Below, one piece after another: positions 11,466-64,000 of a DNA stretch of 64,000 nt (position 1 is the stretch's first letter; the number at the start of each line of letters is the position of its first letter). The notes beneath the pieces are model-generated. The model saw only the letters and a program-made list of their open reading frames with translations, was not told where the DNA came from and did no database searches. The translations under genes were made by a program, and so were the position numbers. The stretch lies in NCBI GenBank assembly GCA_965112155.1, contig OZ218098.1. One strand, written 5' to 3'. The stretch comes from Podarcis liolepis. Its lineage: Eukaryota.

Positions 11466-14400
11466 TATTAGAAAGCTTTTATCATTTGTGTCCTCAAAGC
11501 AGCTTCTGTGAAAAGTAACATTTTGAGATGGCTTGGTTGTGTTGTTGTTTGATAGATGAATCTTTGTGCCAAGTCTTGCTGTGGGTGATGGTGGAGGTCC
11601 ATCACAATGTTAAACAGTAGAATGCACTGGGTAATAAACTCTTGGCTCACCATACTCGCTAGGTGGTCCAGAACAAATTACAATTCCTCTGCCTAGCTAA
11701 TGTCATAGAATAATTATAAAATTAGATGTGAGTTCCCCATAAAAAGCAAAAAAAGAAGGGCAAGCTGAATGAACAGATTTGATCTTCAGTTGCTTCATCT
11801 TTTAAGCATTGGGTAGCTACAGGTGAAGTTTTGCAAATAGAATTGGAAAGGAAAGTTTTATTAAAAATTAATCTGAGGTTTTGCTTCTAAGTGAGATCTT
11901 GAGCAAAGCTTTTCCTTGGTTGCAGCAAAACAATAGTAACTTACGGAGTAATGACAACAGTGGCAGTGATCCAAGTATCAGTTCAAAAGTAGCAATCACA
12001 GTGTGTACTGCAATTAAACACATCTATCCTGAGCTACCTTTGGTTCTCCCTCCTTTTCTTCTGTCTTCCTCACTGGCTCTGTTCATATCTCCGTTCATGT
12101 GCTATGGGTTCATTTGCTCCCCTCTCTCACCTCAGTTTTCTTTTTCAAAATCAAGGGGCCTATGACTATTAACAAGGCATTACTTCCAAGCCACTGAAGA
12201 TTGAATGCATGACATTTTAATAGAGCCATTGTCTATTTTAAGCGGGGGTAGGGGCGCTTATGAAGCTCTAAGATGTCATGTATGCTCATTGTGTTGTAGC
12301 AATAGCTGATTCATAAAATGCCTGCTTCATGCCATGTTGATCGTTGGGTGGGTGGGTGCACGACTGTGATTTGCCCCTACTGATGTCTGGGATCTGCTGA
12401 ACAAATGCTGCCTGTTTATGCAGCAGCATGATTTCCCCAGCTTGAGATAAACATTACCAGGACAGAAGTGATGTGGGACAGCTGACTGCATGGTTTTGAC
12501 GCTACCCCAGCTGCAACATAAGCTGCTTCTATGGCAAATGCAGGAAAGCATCCAGAGGCAGTTTGGTCAGGGAGTGCAAAGGAAAAGAGTCTTGCACCAT
12601 CCTAACCTATTTTGAGTCTTTCCAAGGGGAAAGACTGTGGTTGTGAGAGCAGGTAAACCTGTTCAAGGTGCCCCAGAAAGGAATTGGAAACCAGAACAAC
12701 ACTAGAGGGCATCCCCATTTAACCAACCATACCCCTTTTGAGCACTTGAACACTGACATTAGCTTTCTTCTCATAAAGGGAGCTGACTGCTTCCATCTAA
12801 GGCCAACAGGCGAGGAAAATACTCAAGTTGGTAGTGGGGGGGAAACTACTTTAAAAGCATTGTTTGTATTGTTGAAATAGCAAAGGACCGCAAAATATTG
12901 TTTTTTTAAAAAACTTCATATTTTTTTGCAGGTACTGCAGTTCTTCACTTAAAATCTTATGTACTATATTTAAATATAGTAAAGTATAAGAGATGAGTAG
13001 CTTTTCTACATGACATGTAAGGAAACTACCTCACATTTTGAAATTAATGGATTAATGACTAGTTTATTGCAAACAAGCTATATGCTTTTAAAATTATTGT
13101 TAACGTTGACAGTCATTATCCTGTTTTGTATGTCATTTTAGTGCCTGGTTCACTGTTGAAATCTCATATGTGCACTTGTTCTTTATACAATTTTTAGGGA
13201 CCTGGTAAGCATTTTCTGCCATACTTTTAGTTGCCAGTGTGAGGGATTGTCCTACATAACTTACTAAATTAGGAGCCTGAAGCTTGTCCTTTATTTTTGA
13301 CTGTTTGGAAAGAGAATTGCACCTACATTCTTTAACATTTAACAACTGACACAAAGAGCCTTATAGTTTCAGTGCTTATGGTCTACTGGTATTAATGTTA
13401 TTCTTGTTAACTATTTCAACAAAATACTACTATTGATTTTTTATTTTGTTTTATAAGAAAATTATACCAAGAGAAGGACGAGGAGTAAAAATGCGAAAAG
13501 GGAAAATAAAAGAATTCTGTGATCTGTGAAGGTTGTATATATTAGGTGCTGAATATCAATGACTATCTTGTAATCCCTTCTGTAATAACTGACAGTGGGA
13601 GTACACTTTTGTAGCAAAACCAGTAATTGGGATGCCTGTGATTCTTAAACTGCTGCATACACAATCCTGAAGTGCTTTGGGGAATTTGCCTCATAGTTGG
13701 AAATGGATACTTGTTCCCATTTGAGGTAACTCAAAGGCTATTCTATAAAAAAATAAAATAATGTAACATTATACAAAGTTGACATTTTTTTCTTTTAATT
13801 CAGTATATGCTATCAATAAAGTAGATGCTGTTTCCCCAAGTTTGCTGGTGATGCTGTTACCTTTTTGCCTCCTTCAGTAGATTTTGGCATGTCTGAATCT
13901 TCTAGGCTTTACTTGTCATCTTACCAGTGTGTCTATACCTTAGTGTTAATATAAGAAAATCTTATTTATACTAGTTGGACCAGATAGCCTTCAAATACAT
14001 TCCAACTCTTTCTTTTACATGAATAAAAATGACCTCTTTGTAACTATTCTGGAGAACCTTGAAATGTTTTCGGCATTATTTAATATTTTATACATTAGTT
14101 CAGACGTTATACAGAATGTGTAGGAGGTGTTGGAACAGGTATTGAAATTATTGGGTGGTGCTCGGCTTCCTGTCCATAATTAATATTACCAGTAGGTAAG
14201 GCACTCAACCTACTGTGGCTTCTATGAAGTAATTCTGTGTAAATAGTTGACTTATTTTACCAGCTTAACCTCTCCTTTCAACCTGGCCACAGAAGTTAGA
14301 TTAAACTGGTAATAGGTGTATGGTGTTTTTGTTAAGCATGGAAGATGAGAGGTTTTTCCACTGCTGAAAGGTCTTTGGGAGTTATCCTGGGGCCTCCTCC

Positions 14401-15382
14401 AGCTCCAATGTGGTTTGAAAGTAGTTGCTGAGTTTGGATTTCCTTGTGTATTTTTTCCTATACACAGGAATAGGAAAAAAATACAGCAATAAGATCACTT
14501 GAAGTTGCTTAAAATTCTGTTTCTCTTCCACAGTCTTGCATAAAAAAGCTTTTTAAATCTGTTCTTTGGGGCACCACAGACTTGCTGTTGCTTTCCAGGA
14601 GCTGTTGTGATAAATTTCCACCAGTTGATAGTAGCCCATTTGGTTATGGTACAGCAATAATCGCTTGACTCTAGGGTTAATATGGGATGAGGGCATGTTG
14701 ATGCAGCCATGTTGAGTGAGGTGACAGAGGGTTGTGAGATTGCATATCAGCAAGTGAATAACAAGACTTTAGTGGTGCAGACAGGAAATAAAACAGGCTG
14801 TAGGAAGGTAGAGGTGCTTCTGCAGTCTGGAAAATGCTGGTTGTCGGGATTAAAAGTGCAGTTAATTTAGTGGCTTAATAACTTGCTCTGTATTGTGCAT
14901 CATTAGTTGAATTTGGCATTTAGAAATACATTATTGACCTGATGAAGTTGACTCTGTATCAGCTCTGAGAAAGGCATTTATGTTAAAATACTACTATACC
15001 ATGTAAACTTGCATATGTCTTGGAATGATCTTACAGAGTTGGGTGTGTTTCAGAATATATTAAAAGCACTTTAGGGGACTGAATGAGAGTCTGATTAACT
15101 ATGTTCCTTACTACAGAACATTATTGCTACATCTATATAATTCTGAAGGAAGATTCCTGTTGCTTTTGTGTCTGCCAAAAGAGGAACAGCAAATTACTTA
15201 ATGATATATTTTCTCATTTCATTGTAATTTCTATAGCCCTTTTATGGTGGCATTGATAGTGTATTGACAGTAAAAATTGAGGTTTGTGTGTATTTTGCAA
15301 AGGCAACTATGACCAGTGACTGTTAATTTTACTTTCCACCCTCCTACCTAGGAATTACTGATTTACAAGAAACTAAAGCACC

Positions 15383-56593
<41,211 letters not shown>

Positions 56594-57019
56594 AATTGCA
56601 TCAGACAGCGTGGCTGTTGAAGAGCTGTCCATCTTTAGTTTACTAAACTAGAAGTCTTCATAGTTAAGTGGCCTCATGTAGGCCTTCTGTATACAAACTG
56701 GTTTATGTGTATAATACAGCAGATCTTGGAGGAGGATCCAAGTCATTGTGGCACAAGTCTTTGTACATACTTTGCTTCTCTGTGAGCATTTATTGACCGT
56801 AGAAGACTGTCTGTATTAGTTTTAGTGTACAGAGCTGTAAACAACCATTCTCTTCAATCCAGTTTCTCATAACTTTATTTGTAAAGTTGTCTTCTCTTTC
56901 TTAGCTCTTAGAAGCTCTTCAGTGGTTTTTCTTTTATTTTTAACAACTTCTTCTCCATATAATCCTTGAACAGTTTCTGTACGGACGCATGGCATGACTT
57001 AACTAAGTGTCTTTTTGTA

Positions 57020-57025
57020 AATAAA
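57020..57025 (+). terminator. Probable CKAP5 polyadenylation signal AATAAA
   Basis: AATAAA ~430 nt after the stop, preceded by U-rich/TGTA motifs. Confidence 0.7.
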
Positions 57026-59694
57026 GTTTGCATTAACTCTCTCTGGGAGCAGCAGTGGCTGTTGGTGAGAAATGTCCATCCATGTTCTTAGTTACAAGTG
57101 ACTCAGCATTTCTAGTTGTCTGTGAGCTGCTGTCTAAACCTTCACAGCAGATTTACTTTCATGGAGAAGCTGAGACACTAACATTGCAAGCATGCTTCAG
57201 GTTGAAGAAATCTTTGATTTCTATTGAGAGCACTGTTAGTCTTACCATGGCTTCCAGAATAGCATGGGGCAGAGGCAGAACATTTCACCCCCTAAAAAAC
57301 CACTTTCCAAGCCCTTCTCTGTATTTTAATCTAGTTAGCCTACAAGTGCTAGAATGCTCAGGTTCCTTTTAAGGATTTAGTTTCATCCATTTTGAGAACT
57401 GGTTTTTTTGACATGGTGGATGATCAGCATCCTACACTAAAGACATGTTGGCCTTTCCTCATATGTCAGTTGCTATACATGCTGGAGCCCAGAATATTTC
57501 AATGTGCTAATTTGCTCTTAGATATATTTTTAGCTCTGCTGTCAGCCTGAAAGTTTTGTAGTAAATGTATGATCAGTGATTGCTGCTAGTGGTTGAGAAC
57601 ATAGTCTTGGGGGCACTGTTTCCAAAATACATGTGTTCTCAGAAGGTGAATTATACTGTGGCAGTTAACAGTCACGTGGATGTGGTTGTGGGGAATTGTT
57701 CTGGAGGACTTGCTGCTTTTATGTATGGGTTATGCATTTGTGTGCCTCTTACAATCTGAGACTCAGAACTGCTATAGCACACAGTTGTTGGAGTAATTTC
57801 TAAGTTAATCTTCCCTCCTCTGCCCCTGCCTTGGATATTTTGACATAAGTGGCATTGCACTGGCTTTAACATGCTCCCAGAAATACCAGCTCTTTCCTGT
57901 GGCTGACAGAGATTTAATTTCATTTGCATTTCTTCGTGCTTGTTAGACGTTGATTAAATAGCATTTACTATTCACCATAGTTTAGTGTTGCATCAAATCA
58001 AACTGGTTGTCTTTATAAACTTTGTTGGTCATTGTGTACACATTATGATGTGTATGCTGATTTGGAAGCGATGCCCATAAGAGGGCGCATCCCAGAGTGT
58101 GCATTATTTGCCTTCTGGGAGGACTGCACACGTCCCATTTTTAACTTGCAGTTTTTTTCAGTGGATGCCACTTCATATTGAATCAGCTGCCTTAGCTAGG
58201 GCTATGAAAGATTGAATCAGCACCTGTCAGCCACATCATTCTATAGCACTTTGGTGTGCTTTGCAGTGGTGCAAAATGCATACAGTTTGTGGGGCTCTGA
58301 GTTGCTGCTTGTGCACATCTAGTGATAGCCTCCTCTTGTAGCTGATGCCCTGTTCCTTACTCTTATGTTGGAGCTCACACTGGTATAGTAAGTGCAAGGA
58401 ACAGAGAGGTAATGGTCATTAGAAATACAATTTGCAGGGGGTGTGTATGCGTGTCATTAGTGAGATTTGAAAATGCAATGAAGTCTCTGGCAAACTTTGT
58501 TTTCTCTAAAAAGATGCTCTCCCCACCACTAGGTGTGGCTTTAGTTTTGATACATTCTCCCCTTTCAGTGCTGGTTTCAGAAATGCCCTATTTAAGCCAC
58601 GTTTAGCTTAACCTAGAGCCAATGGAAATGTTTCTACAGTATGTTTGAATAAATGTTACATTTTACTACTAAAATTCTCTGTACTCCCTCAGTCTTGGTG
58701 ATCTACCTATGATAGGTACTCAAGGAGAACTAGCTCCTTTGCCTACCTGTGTCTGAAAGGACAACGTCTGATCAGTCTTAGTATAAATAACAGGTTTTTT
58801 ATGAATATAAACTATCTTAATGGCGTATGCACCATATCCTTATAGCACATTCGAAGCACATTCTTTCCTTCAAAGAATTCTGGGCAGTGTAGTTTATCGC
58901 TCCCAGATTTACAATTCTCAGCAACCCATAACAAATAGGGCCCAAAATTCTTTGAGGCGGGAAATTAAAGATATAGTATGTATGCAACCTTTGTCAATAT
59001 TCATGGAATTTGACTAGTTTTCTCCATTGTATCTTTTAATGATGCCTCACTTAGAAAGGGTTCCTGCTGTAGAAAAGGCTCAATTTAACAGCCGTGGCAA
59101 TGGTGGGGTACATTTCTTTGCTTGCAGACACTACTGTTTTTTGTTTAATGGGATTAAACTGCATCCCACAGCAACTACATCAAAGAACACACAAGCTGCC
59201 CTTTGGTTTACTCCCGTGAATATCATAGAGTGGTGCATGTAGTTTCACTTTGAACTATATTTTTTGTATTGAAATTGCTGGAAGAAAACATACTTCAATC
59301 AAAATGTATCTGCTTTCTGCCCAGAACCCCAAAACCGATGAACTATAGGCAACTTCTTTTACTCTCTCCTTTTTGAAGGCAAAAACGCAGGCTAAGTGTA
59401 CTCCTACCTTTGTTACTCTAAGATAAATAAGGCTACATAACTTACAACTTCTTATGCTAAGGCTGTAACCCTAGCCACACTCGAGGATTTCCCATTGTAT
59501 ATTGTGAGGCTTGATTCTAAAAGATCCTGCGTAAGATTATCCTGCACAGCTATTTAACTTGCTCATTCAACCAGATACAGTACATTCACCTTAGTCACAG
59601 TTTTGCTTTGCTAACTTTTCAAGTAGTACCTGTACTGCTAAGTTCACTTTTTTGCAATTGACAGCAAAGGAGATTGAGTACTTGGTCCAGAACC

Positions 59695-59700
59695 TTTATT
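59695..59700 (-). terminator. F2 polyadenylation signal AATAAA
   Basis: TTTATT on + strand, ~110 nt past the F2 stop. Confidence 0.75.
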
Positions 59701-59809
59701 GAGGTTTGTGCCAAAATACGTTTCCTTCCTTAGGCTTTTAGTTACCTGTCATATTTGACCACTATACATACATCTCTAAATCATTGTGCAGGTGCTGAGC
59801 TTAAGTTCT

Positions 59810-59953
59810 TTAATGCCCATGTTTCTCAGTAACCTTTTGCAACCATTTCTTCAGGCGGAAGACGTGGGTGTAGAATCCATATTTGCCATCACGATCACAG
59901 CCTTCTCCCCATGAGACGATACCTGTCTGATACCACCGATTATCTGTTGGGTT
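59810..59953 (-). CDS. F2: F2 last coding exon ([26 protein letters not shown]...KHGH*)
   Basis: 144 nt to TAA. Confidence 0.95.
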   Translation of the reverse strand, partial: NPTDNRWYQTGIVSWGEGCDRDGKYGFYTHVFRLKKWLQKVTEKHGH

Positions 59954-62900
59954 CTGGAGAGAGGAGAGTGCAAGAGCACCAAGGAAGAGTCAGCATACTG
60001 GAGAAAAGCATATAGGTCAGATAAAGAGGGCAAGCAGCAGCAGTAGGACTCTGTTTTTCAAGACTTTCAGAGCCCATAGAAGGTCCAGATCCAGGTATTT
60101 CTTACAGTGGAGCTTTATGAGTATCTTTTCTAAAAAGAAATCTCACCCTTAATCGCAAAGATGTGGGATGGGGGGCTTGTTGCCCAACAATGCGTGTGAA
60201 GATTGACTTATCAATATAAATCGGATCCACAAGCTTGTTTCTATGTCGGGTGGAAAGCTCCCCCCGCCCCACAGAGGGTAGCATTCACTCAGAGCTGCAA
60301 CGAGTGACCTGCTGACAGTGGGAGGGACTGAAGCCCATAGTGGGTAGGGCCAACCAGTCTCCATCCTGCTCAGCAGACTGCCAAATGACGACGAGGTTTC
60401 TCTTGCCAGAGGCTGAAGTGATTGCTTTGCTTACTAGGCTCCCTGCATCCTTGCTGAAACGTGAGCACTGTTCCTCTCTCATTGGTCCAGTATTTTAAGC
60501 TCAGGGCCCACCAAAGAAGTCATGACATATGTCACCCTTTTGCTGCCACTTGAGATTGATGTATTACGTCACTTGGAGCATTACACATACCTTCATGACA
60601 AAAGGGCCTCCACTGTCGCCTTCGCAGGCGTCTCCTCTTTGAGAGTCCTCAGGACTGTACCCTAAACAATAAAAAGGCATTTGGGGTTGACTACAGTGGA
60701 TTCAATCTCCTGTTTTCCTTTTGCTGCTTTTCACCATCTGATGCTTAATCTTTTAGAAATCAGTGCCTGTGTACTGCCTTCTCAAGCAACCAGAAATCTC
60801 TTTTTCCAGAAAGGGGGAATCGGCCCTTAGTTAACTAAATCTGGGATCTAGCTCCATAAAGTTCCCTGTTGCTTTTCACTATTCTTCCATTTATTGTCAT
60901 TTCAGTATGAATTGGGTTTCTGTGTGTTTCTGTACAGCAATGTGAGGTAGATCAGATATGCTAGGGGACCCGTTTTCATCACTCCATGTATTTGCTTCAC
61001 CATGTGTGTATCTGCCTCGTGTACAGGATACAAGCAAATACCTGCTAAATGTATGAAGCACTCCGGTCTAACCTCTTGAGCTTCAGCCTACTTTGTGTTT
61101 CTTCTCAGCTGAGCTTTGTCAAAGGCACAGCCTGGTGTCTAGCCTGGATTTTCATCACACTGCCCACATGAATCCATTATTTCCTCTCCCCACTCCAGGC
61201 TGGGAGTTCCTGGCCTGTTGCAATTTTGCTCAGGGCCTGGTGCTAGCTTGGCCAAGTTTCTCACCTGACTGGTGGTGCCTTTCTTAGCATTAAATTAGAG
61301 GACCTCATGTAGGCTTATGGGTCTTCCTATTTTGTGCAGCAGCTTCACTCAGGGAACAGTACTAGCCAGACCAAAGGGAAATATCCCTCCCTTAGACACA
61401 GCTGGAGGCCACTGAGGTATTGCCCAGTTTGTGAGGGGAGGCCACTTGTCAAGATTCTTCAGTCTGGGAGTCCAGATTGTCACCAGCCAAGGGGGTTGGG
61501 GGTAGGAGTATTTATATGGTGAAGGACAGTTCCAGCTGTCTTACTGTGGTAATTGTATCTCATCCCAGTTCAGATTGGCTCATACTCTCCTTCCCTTGAA
61601 ACATGTGGCTTGGCTCACTTCCAGTTGAAATCGTTGGCTTTTCCTTCAGTATTCCCAACCACACAGATACATAACCTCACCAGTTTCTCCCTCAGTTGAA
61701 AGAACGTATCAGTTGCTAAAGAAAACGTACCTGCACAGAACATGTTGTCTGTGACTCTAATCTTGGTGGATGCCTTGCAAGTTTCCCGTGGCACAATAGG
61801 GAGGTTCACCTGCTGTAGTATGCCAGGCAGAGGTGACCTGCCAGAGGTCCATGTCTCTTGTAGGTTTCCCCAACCAGTCACACGCCCTTTGTATCCCGTT
61901 AGCATCAGGCTACAGAACAAAAAACAACACAAACCCCAGTAGCTTAAAATCATTTTGGCTGACATTTGTAGGCAAAACATGTTTCCTTTTGTTATGTATA
62001 TGTAATGGTTTGTCTTAATCCTAATTACACTGCTCCAAACAAAAAACTGGTGTCTCTTGTGTGTGCTGAATTCTTCAGCAGAGACCAGGGTGCTACAGGA
62101 AGGAAGGCACCCATGGTGAAGTCCTCTGTAGGTATCTAGAGCACATAGGGAAGGAAGCAAGGCTAGACTCCAGAAATAAATGGCAAGTTACATCAAACAG
62201 GATGTTTCCATTTTGCTCTTTGCAAAATCCCGAGTTTTCCAGACTGGCTGTGCTCTCATTGTATTTCTTCAACCATGGGAATAGAAACACTCCTTAAACA
62301 CACACTGTCTGTCTCACGTGTGCATGACCCCTGGCCTACAAGGTGCAATGGCTGTGGATGTACAAACCACGCATACTTTACTCTGCATTCGGCCTCTTTT
62401 GCACACAGCTGCCACATGTGCATTCTATTAGGCAAGAAGAACAAACACCATCCCTACCAGTAAATCCATCATTTGTCTTAAGGTTCAGATCTTCCACCCC
62501 AGGTCTGCACATGGGGCTCCTTTTGCAATCAGTACTTTGGACTAGGCACTCACGGTTAAGATCCCTCTAAACTTAGGCTCCCTATTCATTTTGTACTCTT
62601 TGCCCATCTCTACTTTTTAATTCAGCACAAATGGCTGGGAAGTGTGTGTCCAGCCAGCTTCCTAAAATCCTTCTGCTAGGATATCAAGTGTTCTACCCAT
62701 TCTCTTTAGGCAACCCACCTTCTGTTGCAGGCAACTCCCTTCAGGAAACAGAACCCTTAAAGCAGGGGTGGGGAAAGCTTTTCAGCTTGAGGGCCACATA
62801 CCCTCATAAACTGTCTTCTGGGGGCCACATACCAATGATTGGTGGAACCAGAGGCCAAAGTAGATGAAGCAATTGAGTTGTAACCTTCTGCACACTTAAA

Positions 62901-63850
62901 TTGGAAGTAAGCCAAAGTGGGACTTATTTAAGGTTACTTTTAAGCTCTCAATATCATGTAGGTTAGCCGCACCCTACCCTTTTCTAACAGTTATATTGCA
63001 TGCTGTTTTCTAATAAAGAACCTATTGAAGCTACTGCTACTACTGGGAAAATATGAACGGTTGTGTCCTATATATAAGAGCTCCAGCTTCATTTGTCTGC
63101 CTTATTCAGTTCATGGCAACCAGCGCCTGTCCAATAAATTTTGCTGCCTGAGGCAAAGAACCAAATGGTGTCCCAAGTATAAAACCCAACTGGAGTAGTC
63201 TTTGGATTTTACTTCAGTAATGGCAACAGGGCAGGGTCCTCTACCATGTCTGAGGACAGCAGGCTAGCTCAGAAGATGCAGGACAGCTTGAGTGGTACAC
63301 AAACATCTTGCTGCTGCTCCCTACCACCCAGCATCCACTGCCTCAGTCTGCCTAATAGCAGGACCAGGCCTGGTGGCAACTTGCATCCTGCTAGTGAAGA
63401 CTACCCACCTTCAGTGGAAGGCAGAAAGGGATTCATTAGTCAATCCCAAGGTTGCCTTTTCCCAGTGTTGCTGCCATTCCAGATTTTATCAGTGGTAAGA
63501 CTGGGAAGGTGCATGTTTGGGGACACTCACAATCTACTTAGGTGATGACACAATGTCTGGATGGGCCAACTGTCCCCCTCACCAAAGGTTTACAAACCAC
63601 TAACTTAACTTGACAGGTTCCCTATCATTTTGAATGGGGCTACTCCCATTACAACCATCACGTTCTGTCTCCTTACCTTTGAACAATCTCTTTAGTGGGT
63701 AAACAGACTGGATGTATATAGTTGCTGAACTCAACAGGCTTCTTCAGTAGTAACAGTGCAATGTCCCGGTCTAGATTCTCCTTCCAATTGTACTTGGGGT
63801 GAATGATGACTTTCTCTATCAACATAATTTTCTCCATGGTCCTCTCATAG
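59810..63850 (-). CDS. F2: Prothrombin (coagulation factor II), last four exons; gene continues beyond the window end
   Basis: Thrombin motifs [63 protein letters not shown]; convergent with CKAP5. Confidence 0.97.
60591..60661 (-). CDS. F2: F2 exon ([23 protein letters not shown]; catalytic Ser)
   Basis: 71 nt; AG/GT on - strand. Confidence 0.95.
61731..61909 (-). CDS. F2: F2 exon ([16 protein letters not shown]...NMFCA)
   Basis: 179 nt; AG/GT on - strand. Confidence 0.95.
63677..63850 (-). CDS. F2: F2 exon (YERTMEK...KEIVQ; catalytic Asp)
   Basis: 174 nt; AG/GT on - strand. Confidence 0.95.
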
Positions 63851-64000
63851 CTGAAACATTTCCCAAAAAAAGAGAGGGAAGCAATTGACATATTTAAATA
63901 TTGTCATCAGGATGCCTTCAACTTGACTACAGTTTACAATAAGCCCAAGCCAAGTAGATGGTGAAATAGGACTTCTGGAGGCTCCTTAATTGTGGCAAGG

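Noticed and set aside
13190-13212. TTTTTAG|GGACCTG|GTAAGC possible 7-nt UTR microexon
   Set aside because: Easily arises by chance in a 13-kb intron; no supporting evidence

Overview
Vertebrate genomic DNA from a squamate reptile; the Sauria SINE, BovB, L2, CR1 and Tc1/mariner MITE content suggests a lacertid-type lizard (inference). The window holds an essentially complete CKAP5 (ch-TOG/XMAP215) gene on the + strand. It has a CpG-island promoter and non-coding exon 1 near 1.9 kb, and 43 coding exons traced by hand from ATG 15383 to TGA 56593, giving a 6102-nt phase-consistent CDS of about 2033 aa. The box C/D snoRNA SNORD67 lies in one intron (47197-47304). The last four exons of prothrombin (F2) are on the - strand, convergent with CKAP5 as in mammals. 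The most notable extras are an in-frame 24-nt candidate neural microexon (44504-44527), a GC-AG intron (21799), a 140-bp near-perfect fold-back palindrome (39082-39221), a second CpG island in intron 1 with donors on both strands, a symmetric CHR/CCAAT promoter that looks bidirectional, and nested transposons flanked by a 76-bp direct repeat. I found no convincing wholly new biological system. The findings are mostly RNA-processing and regulatory hypotheses.
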